A stretch of DNA of 64,000 nt from Smithellaceae bacterium (GCA_963667845.2 CAXXVL010000001.1:1-64000); one strand, 5' to 3'. Shown: positions 19,012 to 29,968, counted from the first letter of the stretch. Made by a program: numbers and translations. Notes: generated by a model not told the origin, from the letters alone.

Positions 19012-22000
19012 GTGACATCTATTTCTGATTATCTAAAGAAGATTGAAAAAGCTTACGCCGCCGGCAATGCCACCGAGCATACGCACCGCCCCGCCCTGAA
19101 AGAATTGATCGAAAGCTTTGCGACTGGCATCATAGCGACCAATGAACCGCGCAGGGTCAAATGTGGCGCTCCCGACTTCATTATTACAAAAGGCCATTCG
19201 CCGCTCGGTTATGTTGAGTGCAAAGATATTGGCAAATCGCTTGCCGATGTAGAACACACTGACCAGCTGAAACGTTACCGGGAATCTCTGGGCAATCTCA
19301 TTTTGACCGACTATTTGGAATTTCGCTGGTATGTGGGCGGACAATATCGCTTGACCGTCCAACTGGCAACGGTTGCGGATGGCAAGATTAAACCGGTTAA
19401 AAATACCGCAGAATCTTTGCAGGAATTGTTTTCCGCGTTTCTAACTACCAGCATCCCGACTGTTAATTCACCCAAAGAACTGGCCGTCCGCATGGCGGCT
19501 CTGGCCAGGCTCATTCGCGATATTATTCAGACCGCTTTTAATGAAGAAGACTTAACCGATGACGAACCCGATCCACTCCACGACCAGATTGACGGTTTCC
19601 GCAAGGTTTTGATTCACGATCTTCAACCGGAACAGTTTGCTGACATGTATGCGCAAACCATTTGCTACGGCCTTTTCGCCGCCCGCTGCAATGCGTCATC
19701 CAAAGAGCATTTCACGCGCCAGAATGCCGGATTTGATCTGCCCAAGACCAATCCCTTTCTGCGGAAGATGTTCGACTATATCGCCGGAGTGAACCTTGAT
19801 GAACGGATTGTCTGGGCCGTTGATGATCTTGCCGAACTTCTGCATCACACGGACATGGAAGCTATCCTCAAAGACTTTGGCAAACACACCAGGCAGGAAG
19901 ACCCTGTTGTTCATTTTTACGAATCGTTTCTGGCCGCCTATGATTCCAAGATGCGCGAAGCACGAGGCGTTTACTATACGCCAGAGCCGGTGGTCTCCTA
20001 TATCGTCCGTAGCATCGATCATATTCTCAAAACAGACTTTAAGCTCAAAGACGGTCTGGCCGACGCCACAAAAATCAAGGTACCCCAGGCAACAAGCAAA
20101 AAGAAAATAGATGTTCACAAAGTCCAGATCCTTGATCCGGCCACTGGCACGGGAACGTTTCTCTATGGCGTTATTGACCACATCTACCACGACTTTAAAG
20201 ACAACAAAGGCATGTGGTCAAGCTATGTGTCGCAACATCTTTTGCCCCGGCTTTTCGGCTTTGAACTGCTCATGGCCCCGTATGCCGTCGCCCACATGAA
20301 GCTGGGCCTGCAACTGAAAGATTCGGGTTATGATTTCCAATCAGCCGAACGTTTGCGGATTTATCTGACAAACACTCTGGAAGAAGCTCACGCCATGTCA
20401 GGTCTACCGCTTTTTACTCAGTGGATCGCCGAAGAAGCCAATGCTGCCAGTGACATCAAGAAGGATGCGCCGGTTATGGTCGTGCTGGGCAATCCACCGT
20501 ATTCCGGGCATTCAGCCAATACAGGCGAATGGATCAGCGGCCTATTGCGGGGCAAGGATACGCAAACCGGGCAAAAGACAGGCAACTACTTTGAAGTGGA
20601 TGGTCAACCGTTGGGCGAGAAAAATCCCAAGTGGCTGAATGACGACTATGTAAAGTTCATCCGGTTTGCCCAGTGGCGCATAGAACAAACAGGCTATGGT
20701 ATTCTGGCCTTTATCAGCAACAACGGCTATCTGGACAACCCTACTTTCAGAGGCATGCGCCAGGGTCTCATGCAGACCTTTGATGACATTTACATTCTCG
20801 ATCTTCATGGCAGCAGCAAGAAGAAAGAACGCTGCCCGGACGGTTCCGAAGACAAGAACGTCTTTGACATTCAGCAGGGCGTTGCCATCGGCATTTTTAT
20901 CAAACGAACTAGTAGCAATAACGGTCTGGCGACTGTTCGCCATGCCGATCTTTGGGGACAAAGAACAAGCAAATATGCCAATCTATATGAAGAATCGACA
21001 GCATCAACTCAATGGAATAAATTGGAACCATCAAAGCCGTATTATTTGTATGTTCCCCAAGATCAAACTATGCGGGACGAATACGAACAGTGCTGGAAAG
21101 TTACAGATATTCTGCCTGTAAACAGCGTTGGGATTGTTACGGCACGTGATGCTCTTACGATACATTTTAGTAGAGAAGACGCATGGGCTACTGTGTACGA
21201 CTTTGCACGATTACCAGCGGAAAAAGCTAGAGAGAAATTTGATCTTGGTAAAGATGCCAGAGATTGGCAGATTGAACTGGCACAAAAGGATTTGCACAAC
21301 AGTGGATTAACGCAAGTAGGATTAAAAGATATATTTTACCGGCCTTTCGACATTCGCCATACTTTTTATACGGGCAATTCAAGAGGGTTTCATTGCATGC
21401 CTCGTAATGAAGTAATGCGTCATATGTTGCCTGGAAATAATCGCGCTATGCATTTGTGCCGACAGATTTCTCTGCAAAATTGGGCTCATATTCTCGTGAC
21501 CAACTTTATTACAGACGATTGCTATGTCTCCAACAAAACTTCCGAACGTGGTTATACATTACCTTTATATCTATATCCTTCGGAGACCCTAACTGCAAAT
21601 CTGCTTGAAGATACGTTCGTCATACGCAAACCCAACCTGTCTACGCAATTCATAGAAGACTTTGCTACCCGATTAAAGATGAAGTTCATTCCCGATGGTA
21701 AAGGCGACAGAAAAAAGACCTTCGGGCCGGAAGACATCTTCAACTACATGTATGCCGTCTTTCATTCACCAACCTACCGCAGCCGTTACGCCGAATTTCT
21801 GAAAATGGATTTCCCCCGACTGCCGCTCACTTCTAACCCAGAACTTTTCCGCAAGCTCTGCTCGTTCGGCGATGAACTAGTTGCTCTGCACCTGATGGAA
21901 CAGCACGGAAAGAAAATTACTGGCTATCCCATATCCGGAGACAACGCCGTAGGAACCGTGGACTATACAGAGCCGCAGGGCGACGTCAAAGGACGCGTCT

Positions 22001-22230
22001 GGATCAACAGTACACAGTATTTTGAAGGCGTACCTAAAGAAGTTTGGGAATTCCATATCGGCGGCTATCAGGTTTGCGCCAAGTGGCTCAAAGACCGCAA
22101 GAGACGCACGCTCACCTATGACGATCTCACGCACTATCAGCAAATTGTCTCGGCACTCTCTGAAACTATCATGCTTATGGAACAGATTGACGCGGTTATA
22201 GATGCCGGGGGCGGTTGGCCTTTTATATAA
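19012..22230 (+). CDS. Single-polypeptide restriction-modification enzyme (Type IIG / ISP-like: nuclease, N6-adenine MTase, TRD)
   Basis: PD..ECK nuclease motif (PDFIITKGHSPLGYVECK); 'GVYYTP'; motif I LDPATGTGTF; motif IV GNPPY; ISP-type C-terminus 'DFPRLP', 'IGGYQVCAKWLKDR'. Confidence 0.88.
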   Translation: MTSISDYLKKIEKAYAAGNATEHTHRPALKELIESFATGIIATNEPRRVKCGAPDFIITKGHSPLGYVECKDIGKSLADVEHTDQLKRYRESLGNLILTDYLEFRWYVGGQYRLTVQLATVADGKIKPVKNTAESLQELFSAFLTTSIPTVNSPKELAVRMAALARLIRDIIQTAFNEEDLTDDEPDPLHDQIDGFRKVLIHDLQPEQFADMYAQTICYGLFAARCNASSKEHFTRQNAGFDLPKTNPFLRKMFDYIAGVNLDERIVWAVDDLAELLHHTDMEAILKDFGKHTRQEDPVVHFYESFLAAYDSKMREARGVYYTPEPVVSYIVRSIDHILKTDFKLKDGLADATKIKVPQATSKKKIDVHKVQILDPATGTGTFLYGVIDHIYHDFKDNKGMWSSYVSQHLLPRLFGFELLMAPYAVAHMKLGLQLKDSGYDFQSAERLRIYLTNTLEEAHAMSGLPLFTQWIAEEANAASDIKKDAPVMVVLGNPPYSGHSANTGEWISGLLRGKDTQTGQKTGNYFEVDGQPLGEKNPKWLNDDYVKFIRFAQWRIEQTGYGILAFISNNGYLDNPTFRGMRQGLMQTFDDIYILDLHGSSKKKERCPDGSEDKNVFDIQQGVAIGIFIKRTSSNNGLATVRHADLWGQRTSKYANLYEESTASTQWNKLEPSKPYYLYVPQDQTMRDEYEQCWKVTDILPVNSVGIVTARDALTIHFSREDAWATVYDFARLPAEKAREKFDLGKDARDWQIELAQKDLHNSGLTQVGLKDIFYRPFDIRHTFYTGNSRGFHCMPRNEVMRHMLPGNNRAMHLCRQISLQNWAHILVTNFITDDCYVSNKTSERGYTLPLYLYPSETLTANLLEDTFVIRKPNLSTQFIEDFATRLKMKFIPDGKGDRKKTFGPEDIFNYMYAVFHSPTYRSRYAEFLKMDFPRLPLTSNPELFRKLCSFGDELVALHLMEQHGKKITGYPISGDNAVGTVDYTEPQGDVKGRVWINSTQYFEGVPKEVWEFHIGGYQVCAKWLKDRKRRTLTYDDLTHYQQIVSALSETIMLMEQIDAVIDAGGGWPFI

Positions 22231-22267
22231 AAATTTGAGTTTCATATTATAGTTATCTACAATTATG

Positions 22268-22290
22268 TTAACCCTATGGGTTAATATAAT
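22268..22290 (+). promoter_or_regulatory. Palindromic operator and -10 box of the TA operon
   Basis: TTAACCC-TAT-GGGTTAA (22268-22284) immediately followed by TATAAT (22285-22290). Confidence 0.65.
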
Positions 22291-22311
22291 TCTTGACATG
22301 GTTATCAAACT

Positions 22312-22650
22312 ATGGTTATTCTTTTTGCGACGACAAAACTTGAGAAAGAGTTTAACAAAGAAAAGCTTTTAATAAAGACGTTTGGAGATAAGAGGGCAAA
22401 GCTCTTGAAAAGACGTCTGAGTGAATTTGCCGCCGCCAATGCACTTCAGGATCTACGTAATCTTCCACAGGCCAGATGTCATGAATTGAAAGGAAACCTT
22501 AAGGGATGCTTATCGGTTGATTTGGATCAACCATATCGTTTGATTTTTAAACCTGCGCACAATCCTTCGCCGAGGAAATCAGATGGTGGACTTGACTGGG
22601 AAAGAGTCACAGAAATAATAATTATCGGAATAGAGAACACTCATGAGTAA
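22312..22650 (+). CDS. higB: HigB/RelE-family toxin
   Basis: 'RCHELKGNLKGCLSVDLDQPYRLIF'; lies upstream of an HTH antitoxin. Confidence 0.8.
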   Translation: MVILFATTKLEKEFNKEKLLIKTFGDKRAKLLKRRLSEFAAANALQDLRNLPQARCHELKGNLKGCLSVDLDQPYRLIFKPAHNPSPRKSDGGLDWERVTEIIIIGIENTHE

Positions 22651-23728
22651 AGAAAATAAAAGTCAATTTATGCCGGACTATGCTGTGCCACCTGGTGAAA
22701 CGCTTCTGGAAACAATAGAGAACATTGGTATGTCTCAGGCGGAACTTGCAGAGCGCACCGGCAGGCCGAAGAAAACGATAAATGAAATAATCAAAGGCAA
22801 AGCTGCGATTACGTCTGAGACAGCGTTGCAGCTTGAGCGCGTGTTGGGTATTCCTGCCCGATTTTGGAATAACTTAGAACGCAATTATCAGGAAATACTT
22901 GCAAGAATAAATGAAAAGAAAAATCTGCAAAATCACATAATTTGGTTAGAAAAGATTCCTTTGAATTCACTTGTTAAGATGGGTTGGGTAAAAAAGCACA
23001 ATGATACGATTCAACAACTCCAAGAGGTCCTTAACTTTTTTGGCATTGCTTCGCCGGAACAATGGGAAAGAAGATGGAAATATATGTATGTTTCATATCG
23101 CAAATCAAGGGCCTTCGAGAGTGATCGTTACGCCATCGATTCTTGGATGAGAATAGGTGAATTAACTGTCCGGAATATATCATGCAAACCATTTAATGCC
23201 TCTAAATTCAGAAATGTTCTTTTTAGTATTCGTAAGCTAACCTTTAAATTGCCCGATCAATTTCACAAAGAAATTGTCCAATCATGTGCTGACACTGGTG
23301 TTGCAGTTGCTTTTGTACCTGAAATACCCAAATTAAGAATTTCAGGTGCAACTTGGTGGAATGAAAACAAAGCAGTTATTCAATTGAGTCTTCGTTATAA
23401 GACCGATGATCAATTATGGTTCAGTTTTTTCCATGAAGCCGCCCATATATTGCTACATGGTAAGAAGGATATCTTTATCGAAGATAACGAAAAAAATGAC
23501 AAGGAGGTTGAAGCAGACAAATTTGCCTCCGAATTTCTCATTCCTTCAAAACAGTATAAAGAGTTCATACAAGATGGTGATTTCAGCAAGGCAGCTATTA
23601 ATAAATTTGCATCTGAACTAGAGATAGCCCCAGGAATAGTTGTTGGCAGGCTTCAACATGATAAGAAACTACCTTTTAGTCACTGCAATGATTTCAAAAG
23701 ACGGCTAGAATGGCAACAATCTTCCTAG
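22643..23728 (+). CDS. higA: HigA-type XRE HTH antitoxin fused to an ImmA/IrrE (M78) metallopeptidase
   Basis: 'PPGETL..GMSQAELAERTG..INEIIKGKAAIT..ALQLE..FWNNLE'; HExxH 'FFHEAAH'; 'EVEADKFA'. Confidence 0.85.
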   Translation: MSKENKSQFMPDYAVPPGETLLETIENIGMSQAELAERTGRPKKTINEIIKGKAAITSETALQLERVLGIPARFWNNLERNYQEILARINEKKNLQNHIIWLEKIPLNSLVKMGWVKKHNDTIQQLQEVLNFFGIASPEQWERRWKYMYVSYRKSRAFESDRYAIDSWMRIGELTVRNISCKPFNASKFRNVLFSIRKLTFKLPDQFHKEIVQSCADTGVAVAFVPEIPKLRISGATWWNENKAVIQLSLRYKTDDQLWFSFFHEAAHILLHGKKDIFIEDNEKNDKEVEADKFASEFLIPSKQYKEFIQDGDFSKAAINKFASELEIAPGIVVGRLQHDKKLPFSHCNDFKRRLEWQQSS

Positions 23729-24243
23729 CATAATGTCAAAATGACTGAGCATGCAGCAGCATGACGATACCCTTTAAATTTATAATATTGCAATGTATAG
23801 TAAAAGGAAAAAGAGAAACTCATAATACTTGAGGATCAGCAACTATTTGTGAGGATAGGCGAACGTGAGAGCTTACTACCCAAGCGTATCTCAAGAACAT
23901 GCAAGGAGCGTGGGAATTGAACGATAAGTCATTTCGCAATCTATTCAAGCCCCATATGATCTTAGAGAAGCCAATAAATAAGAATACCGATTGATTTACA
24001 GCGAGGTGGTGTCTCTATCCGCATCGAACAGAGGGATTTGGAAAATAAATCTGTTCTCAATCATAACTTATTCGGCGCAGTATCAGCCGATTTCAACAAT
24101 TTTCATTGTTTCCACGAGAATGTGAACCTAGATTCAGTAATTCATGTACCAATAGACTTAATTTGGCCGTATATTCGTCTTCCACTTCATACTGTTTAAA
24201 GCCCAAAATACCGGTAGTGAAAAACCCCGATTTTAAGCCTGCT

Positions 24244-24265
24244 TGCTGGGGATACTGCTGGGGAT
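24244..24265. repeat. Tandem 10-bp repeats TGCTGGGGAT (12-bp period), integrase arm-type-like
   Basis: Copies at 24244-24253 and 24256-24265, ~60-80 bp from the tRNA 3' end. Confidence 0.6.
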
Positions 24266-24304
24266 GCTTTGGCGATAAGCCATCAATTTATTAGGGATTG
24301 ATTA

Positions 24305-24317
24305 TAAATAACTGATT
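24305..24317 (-). promoter_or_regulatory. IHF binding site
   Basis: Minus strand AATCAGTTATTTA matches the WATCARNNNNTTR consensus. Confidence 0.55.
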
Positions 24318-24323
24318 TTATTT

Positions 24324-24398
24324 TGGTAGTCCCACGGGGGCTTGAACCCCGGTTTCCGGCGTGAGAGGCCAGCGTCCTAACCACTAGACGATGGGACC
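24324..24398 (-). tRNA. tRNA-Glu (anticodon CTC)
   Basis: GGTCCCATCGTCTAGTGGTTAGGACGCTGGCCTCTCACGCCGGAAACCGGGGTTCAAGCCCCCGTGGGACTACCA; cloverleaf with encoded CCA. Confidence 0.96.
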
Positions 24399-24575
24399 AT
24401 GTTGGCTTTGTGAACTCCGGATTCAGACATCAAACTGTGTCGGGGTGCCGGAAGTCCTGTTCTCGGACATTCTCAATAACAGAGAAGTTGAGGGGGAGTA
24501 TCTATTCAATCCGACTTGAAAAGTCAAGATGAAATTGCCCGCGGCGGGGCAATTTCGAAACTTGACCGCAGGGAT

Positions 24576-25982
24576 CTACTTGTGTAGCTTCTCAATATAG
24601 GCAACCGCGTCCTTGATCCTGCGCACAACACGCTCCCGGCCCAGCGTGACCATCAATTCATCAATGCCCGGGCTCACCGTCTTTCCGGTCAACGCGACCC
24701 TGAGCGGCTGGGCGATCACTTTGAACTTGATGCTCTTCTCAGCAATGAACGCCTTCAGGAATTCTTCCAGTCCCTCTTTGCTGAAATTCTTTATCTCCGG
24801 AATCGCGGCAGCCATCGCCTGCAAATGCGCGGCTACATCGGGCACCAGGAATTTCTGAGCGGCCTGCTCTTCATACCCAACCGAATCCGCAAAATAAAAA
24901 CTCGCCGTTTCTCCCAGTTCCACGAGCGTTTTTGCACGGGACTGCAGGTCGGCAATGACTTTTTGCGTGAAAGCCGCGTCGCCGGTATTCGTTCCGGCGG
25001 GCCACAGGCCTTTCATTTCTTCCAAAAGCCTGGCCGCAGGTGCATCCTTTATATAATGTGCATTCAGCCAGAGCAGTTTTTCAGGATTGAAGACGGCGGG
25101 CGATCTGCCCACGGCGCCAAAATCGAAATAGTCGATCAATTCTTTTTGCGAAAAGATTTCCTGGTCTCCGTGCGACCAGCCCAGGCGAACCAGGTAGTTG
25201 ACGAGCGCTTCCGGCAGATAGCCCATCTCCTTGTATGCCATCACGGAAGTGGCCCCGTGCCGTTTGCTGAGTCGCGCCTTATCCGACCCCAGAATCATCG
25301 GGACATGAGCGAATTTAGGTACTTCAAATCCCAGGGCATGATACAGGAGAATCTGGCGCGGGGTATTATTGACGTGGTCATCGCCGCGGATCACATGCGT
25401 GATGTTCATCAGCGCATCATCAATGACGACGGCAAAATTATAGGTGGGATATCCGTCACCCCGTTCGATAATCAAATCGTCCAGTTCATCATTATTAAAA
25501 GTGATATTGCCCTTAATGAGATCTTCCACGACGGTTATGCCGCTTAGCGCTCCGCGAAAGCGCACAACACTGCCCGGCGATTTCTTTAAGTTTTTCTCAC
25601 GGCAGGTGCCGTCATATTTGGGCTTTTTCCCGGTGGCAAGCGCTTCTTTTCGTTTGGTTTCGAGCTCTTCGGAAGTGCAGGTGCAGACGTAGGCTTTGCC
25701 TTCGTCAAGCAGCTTCTGCACCATTTCGCGGTGCAAATCGACGCGTTCGGCTTGAAAGTACGGTCCTTCATCCCAGTTTAAGCCCATCCACGCCATGGCG
25801 TCGAGAATGGCCCTTGTGGATTCATCGGTCGAACGCTGTTGATCGGTGTCTTCGATCCTTAAAACAAATTCGCCGCCGTGATGACGGGCAAAAAGCCAGT
25901 TAAAAAGAGCGGTTCGCGCTCCGCCGATGTGCAGATAACCGGTCGGGGAGGGGGCAAAGCGGGTGCGAATTTTGGTGGTCAT
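24576..25982 (-). CDS. gltX: Glutamate--tRNA ligase
   Basis: [20 protein letters not shown]. Confidence 0.97.
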   Translation of the reverse strand: MTTKIRTRFAPSPTGYLHIGGARTALFNWLFARHHGGEFVLRIEDTDQQRSTDESTRAILDAMAWMGLNWDEGPYFQAERVDLHREMVQKLLDEGKAYVCTCTSEELETKRKEALATGKKPKYDGTCREKNLKKSPGSVVRFRGALSGITVVEDLIKGNITFNNDELDDLIIERGDGYPTYNFAVVIDDALMNITHVIRGDDHVNNTPRQILLYHALGFEVPKFAHVPMILGSDKARLSKRHGATSVMAYKEMGYLPEALVNYLVRLGWSHGDQEIFSQKELIDYFDFGAVGRSPAVFNPEKLLWLNAHYIKDAPAARLLEEMKGLWPAGTNTGDAAFTQKVIADLQSRAKTLVELGETASFYFADSVGYEEQAAQKFLVPDVAAHLQAMAAAIPEIKNFSKEGLEEFLKAFIAEKSIKFKVIAQPLRVALTGKTVSPGIDELMVTLGRERVVRRIKDAVAYIEKLHK

Positions 25983-26145
25983 GATATTTCCCTTATTTTT
26001 GCGACGTTATAGGGTTGCCGCCCCGTATTTGTCAAGCGACTTTTGCCGTAAGTTACGCAAATTGTTCTTGACAACACGGCGATTTTGTCATTTACTCACC
26101 GGCTTAGCGCGGTCGGCTAATATTTTAAAAGGCAGTTAAGGTTCC

Positions 26146-26688
26146 ATGTCCGATTCTTTGAAAATTAATCTGGCGATTCTCCCTGACGAAGGGTTGCAGC
26201 TGACTTTTTCCGAAGGCGCGAATTGGTTCAAAAGATGTTTTTCCGCAACCGAGCTTCCCGAGTTTTCGCTGGTCAAGGTGGATGTCACCTGTCTTATCAC
26301 CCGAGCGGGCGATACCATTTATATCCGGGGGGAAATGGCTGCTCAAATCAGCCAGGCATGCGATCGCTGTCTGGAGCCGGCAACGGTTCCCGTTGGCGGC
26401 GAGTTTGCCTATACGCTGGTACCGGAAAAGGCCGAGATCGCCGATGATCTGGAACTCACCGCGCAGGAACTGGAAACGAGTTATTATCGGGGCGATTTTA
26501 TCGATCTCGCACCCATTATCTGTGAGCAGATCGTTTTGCAGGCGCCCATGAAGATGCTTTGTACCGAAGATTGCATGGGGTTGTGCCCGCATTGCGGCGC
26601 TAATTTAAATAACGGTTCCTGTAAATGCCAGTCGACTGTCGTGGATGATCGTCTGGCCGTACTGAAAAAATTTAGGGTCAAAAATTAA
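26146..26688 (+). CDS. yceD: DUF177/YceD family protein
   Basis: CDRCLE; LCTEDCMGLCPHCGANLN; upstream of rpmF. Confidence 0.9.
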   Translation: MSDSLKINLAILPDEGLQLTFSEGANWFKRCFSATELPEFSLVKVDVTCLITRAGDTIYIRGEMAAQISQACDRCLEPATVPVGGEFAYTLVPEKAEIADDLELTAQELETSYYRGDFIDLAPIICEQIVLQAPMKMLCTEDCMGLCPHCGANLNNGSCKCQSTVVDDRLAVLKKFRVKN

Positions 26689-26713
26689 ATTATTTTAAAA
26701 AGGATATTTTGCC

Positions 26714-26899
26714 ATGCCAAATCCAGTAAAAAGACATTCCAAGACGAGACGCAATACCCGAAGGGCGCACGATTTCTTAAAACAGCCTTCCATGTCGGTT
26801 TGTCCGCAGTGCAACGAACCGAAGATGCCCCACCGCGTTTGCCCGAATTGCGGCACGTACAAAGGCAGAGAAGTCATTTCGGCGGAAAAGACTTCCTAG
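26714..26899 (+). CDS. rpmF: 50S ribosomal protein L32
   Basis: [31 protein letters not shown]. Confidence 0.96.
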   Translation: MPNPVKRHSKTRRNTRRAHDFLKQPSMSVCPQCNEPKMPHRVCPNCGTYKGREVISAEKTS

Positions 26900-26978
26900 A
26901 ATAATCCAGCCGCTTTTTCGCAGTTTATTGTGCCCATGGACGGTTTGGGTGGCAGATAGTTCAAAATAGATTCCATCA

Positions 26979-27062
26979 TTTAGCGCCGGAACTCAGGTCG
27001 GCGACGTGTCTAGCTCACGAGGCGGTATGCCACAATGAGCTTTCCGACCCCGGAGAGCAAAG
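26979..27062. other. Long interrupted hairpin (structured RNA or REP-like element)
   Basis: Nested pairs CCGG/CCGG, GGTCGG/CCGACC, AGCTCA/TGAGCT, GGC/GCC. Confidence 0.5.
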
Positions 27063-27188
27063 ATCTTGGGATTTTTTACGCAAAGATATCTTTCGCTTTG
27101 AAAAAGATAAGGAAATTTTTTTCAAAAACAGGTAATAAGTCAACGCTTGTATATTTTTGGTCTAATCTTGGACTGCAGGAGGGAATTC

Positions 27189-27428
27189 ATGTCACCATTA
27201 GAAGAAAAAGTCGTCAAACTTGTTATGGAGCAGTTGGACGTAACTCAGGAGCAATGCAAACTGGAGGCATCTTTCATTGATGATCTGGGTGCTGACTCTC
27301 TGGATCTGGTTGAACTCATCATGGAGATGGAAGAAGTATTCGGGGTAGAAATTGCCGATGAAGAGCTGGAAAAAATCCGGACCATCAAAGACGTTGTCGA
27401 TTTTCTCCAGAAAAAAGGTATCAGCTAA
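27189..27428 (+). CDS. acpP: Acyl carrier protein
   Basis: DLGADSLDLVEL; SD GGAGGG before ATG 27189. Confidence 0.96.
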   Translation: MSPLEEKVVKLVMEQLDVTQEQCKLEASFIDDLGADSLDLVELIMEMEEVFGVEIADEELEKIRTIKDVVDFLQKKGIS

Positions 27429-27451
27429 TTCTTTAAATCAGGATCATTTTC

Positions 27452-28693
27452 ATGAAAAGGCGTGTTGTCATAACAGGCCTCGGGGCCCTCACTCCCCTGG
27501 GTAACTCCGTTCGGGAATCCTGGGCCGGCGCTTGCGCGGGAAAATCCGGCATTGGTCCCATCACCCGGTTTGATGCCTCCGCTTTCGGGTCCCGAATCGC
27601 CGGGGAAATTAAAAACTTTGATCCTACGCAATATGTCGATAAAAAAGAAGTCCGGCGCTACGACAGCTTTGCCATTTATGCGCTGGCCGCTGCTCAGATG
27701 GCGATGGAAGATGCCGCTCTGATTCTGACGCCGGAGATTGCCGAGCGCGTGGGCGTGATCATCGGTTCCGCCATCGGCGGTGCTTGCACCATCGAAGAAC
27801 AAGTCCTGGTTCTCCACAGCTCGGGCCCCCGTAAAATATCGCCTTTTGGCGTTCCGGCCATTCTGGCCAATTTGGCATCCGGCCACGTTTCGATGCGTTT
27901 TGGCGCGAAAGGCCCCATCAACTGTTCCGTGACGGCCTGCGCCGCGGGCACGTCGGCGATCGGCGATTCCTACAAGATCATCGCGCACGGTGATGCGGAC
28001 GCCATGATCACCGGCGGCGTCGAAGCAGCCGTAACGCAGCTGGGCGTCGGCGGGTTCTGTGCCATGCGCGCCCTGTCCACCCGCAATGACGAACCGCAAA
28101 AAGCCAGCCGGCCTTTCGATAAAGGGCGCAACGGCTTTGTGATTGCCGAAGGCTGCGGCGTGCTGATTCTCGAAGAACTTTCCTTTGCCCAAAAGCGGGG
28201 CGCGAAAATTTATGCTGAAATCATCGGGTACGGATGCACGTCCGACGCGTACCACCTGGCGGCGCCGCCTCCGGGACATGAAGGCGCCGGCCGCAGTATG
28301 CAGGTGGCGATCAAAGACGCCGGTCTTGCCACAACCGATATCGATTATATCAATGCCCACGGCACCTCCACACCGCTGAATGATCTTTACGAAGCTCAGG
28401 CCATCAAGAACCTTTTCGGCGAACATGCGCGAAAGCTGCTGGTCAGCTCGACCAAGTCGATGACGGGGCATATGCTGGGAGGCACGGGCGGTGTCGAGGC
28501 GATCTTCACGGCGAAGGCGCTTCAGGAAGGCATTATTCCGCCGACCATTAATCTGGAAGATCCTGATGTTGACTGCGATCTGGATTTTGTGCCGAATGTC
28601 GCCCGCCATCAAAACATCAATGTTGCCATGTCCAACAGCTTTGGGTTTGGCGGCGTCAATGCAGTCATCGTATTGAAGAAATACATCGATTAA
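27452..28693 (+). CDS. fabF: Beta-ketoacyl-ACP synthase II
   Basis: [29 protein letters not shown]. Confidence 0.96.
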   Translation: MKRRVVITGLGALTPLGNSVRESWAGACAGKSGIGPITRFDASAFGSRIAGEIKNFDPTQYVDKKEVRRYDSFAIYALAAAQMAMEDAALILTPEIAERVGVIIGSAIGGACTIEEQVLVLHSSGPRKISPFGVPAILANLASGHVSMRFGAKGPINCSVTACAAGTSAIGDSYKIIAHGDADAMITGGVEAAVTQLGVGGFCAMRALSTRNDEPQKASRPFDKGRNGFVIAEGCGVLILEELSFAQKRGAKIYAEIIGYGCTSDAYHLAAPPPGHEGAGRSMQVAIKDAGLATTDIDYINAHGTSTPLNDLYEAQAIKNLFGEHARKLLVSSTKSMTGHMLGGTGGVEAIFTAKALQEGIIPPTINLEDPDVDCDLDFVPNVARHQNINVAMSNSFGFGGVNAVIVLKKYID

Positions 28694-28717
28694 TCGTTTT
28701 GGGAGGATTTTCTATTC

Positions 28718-29968
28718 ATGTCGATTTTAGATCAGGTTGATCCGGAAGTTGCAAAAGCCATTGGGCTGGAAACAAAGCGTCAGGCGGGAAAACTGGAGCT
28801 TATCGCGTCGGAAAATTTTGTCAGTGAAGCCGTTCTGGAAGCGCAGGGTTCAGTGATGACCAACAAATACGCCGAAGGGTATCCCGGAAAGAGATATTAC
28901 GGCGGTTGTGAGTATGTGGATATCGTCGAAACGCTGGCGATTGAGCGCTGCAAACAGCTTTTCGGCTGCGACGCCGTCAATGTTCAGCCCCACTCCGGAA
29001 CGCAGGCCAACATGGCCGTCTATTTTGCGGCCTGTTCTCCCGGCGATACGGTGCTGGGCATGAACCTGTCGCATGGAGGCCATCTGTCGCACGGCTCTCC
29101 GGCAAACTTTTCGGGCAAATTCTATAAGATCGTTCCTTACGGCGTTAACCGCGACACCGAAATGATCGATTATGATGAACTGGCTAAAATTGCCCGGGAG
29201 AGCAAACCCAAAATGATCGTGGTCGGCGCAAGCGCCTATCCGCGGACCATTGACTTCAATAAATTCCGCGCTGTGGCTGATGAAGTCGGCGCGGTCATCA
29301 TGGCGGATATCGCGCACATCGCCGGACTGGTCGCCGTGGGTCTGCACCCCTCTCCGATTCCCGTCTGCGAATATGTCACCACCACCACGCACAAGACGTT
29401 GCGCGGACCGCGCGGCGGGATGATCATGTGCAAGGAGCCCTATATTAAAATTCTCAATAGCCGCGTTTTCCCGGGGATGCAGGGCGGTCCGCTGATGCAC
29501 GTCATCGCTGCCAAAGCCGTAGCCCTGAAAGAAGCGCTCCTGCCTGATTTCAAGGCCTATCAGCAGCAAGTTATTAAAAACGCGCAGGCGATGGCGGACG
29601 AGCTCGCGAATTGCGGATTCCGCATCGTATCGGGCGGCACGGATAATCACCTGATGCTCGTCGATCTGACGTCCAAGGGAGTAACGGGCAAAGACGCCCA
29701 GGAAGCCCTGGATCGTGCGGCGATCACCGTCAATAAAAACGGCATTCCGTTCGATACGCAGGGTCCGATGGTCACGAGCGGCATCCGGATCGGTACGCCG
29801 GCGCTGACGACCCGCGGGATGAAGGAACAAGAGATGCGCTTGATCGCCTCGCTGATTGCCGACGTGATCAATCACATTAATGATGAGCAAAAAATCAAAG
29901 CCGTGGCCGGGGAAGTGAAAACGCTTTGTGCCAGGTTCCCGCTGTATGCGCAAAGAATAAAGGGGTAA
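28718..29968 (+). CDS. glyA: Serine hydroxymethyltransferase
   Basis: [33 protein letters not shown]. Confidence 0.98.
   Translation: MSILDQVDPEVAKAIGLETKRQAGKLELIASENFVSEAVLEAQGSVMTNKYAEGYPGKRYYGGCEYVDIVETLAIERCKQLFGCDAVNVQPHSGTQANMAVYFAACSPGDTVLGMNLSHGGHLSHGSPANFSGKFYKIVPYGVNRDTEMIDYDELAKIARESKPKMIVVGASAYPRTIDFNKFRAVADEVGAVIMADIAHIAGLVAVGLHPSPIPVCEYVTTTTHKTLRGPRGGMIMCKEPYIKILNSRVFPGMQGGPLMHVIAAKAVALKEALLPDFKAYQQQVIKNAQAMADELANCGFRIVSGGTDNHLMLVDLTSKGVTGKDAQEALDRAAITVNKNGIPFDTQGPMVTSGIRIGTPALTTRGMKEQEMRLIASLIADVINHINDEQKIKAVAGEVKTLCARFPLYAQRIKG

Larger units (their letters stand above)
1..24323. mobile_element. Putative genomic island inserted at the tRNA-Glu 3' end (left boundary probably outside the window)
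   Basis: Abuts the tRNA 3' end; arm-type repeats and IHF site at the junction; cargo of recombinases, R-M, TA, pseudogenes and AT-rich patches; housekeeping genes resume beyond the tRNA. Confidence 0.6.

Noticed and set aside
23730..24240. Integrase remnant or small genes at the island end, including ORF 24106-24294
   Set aside because: No recognisable motifs in the parts translated; the ORF runs through the att-like repeats.
24400..24575. Second tRNA between tRNA-Glu and gltX
   Set aside because: No cloverleaf or T-loop motif found.
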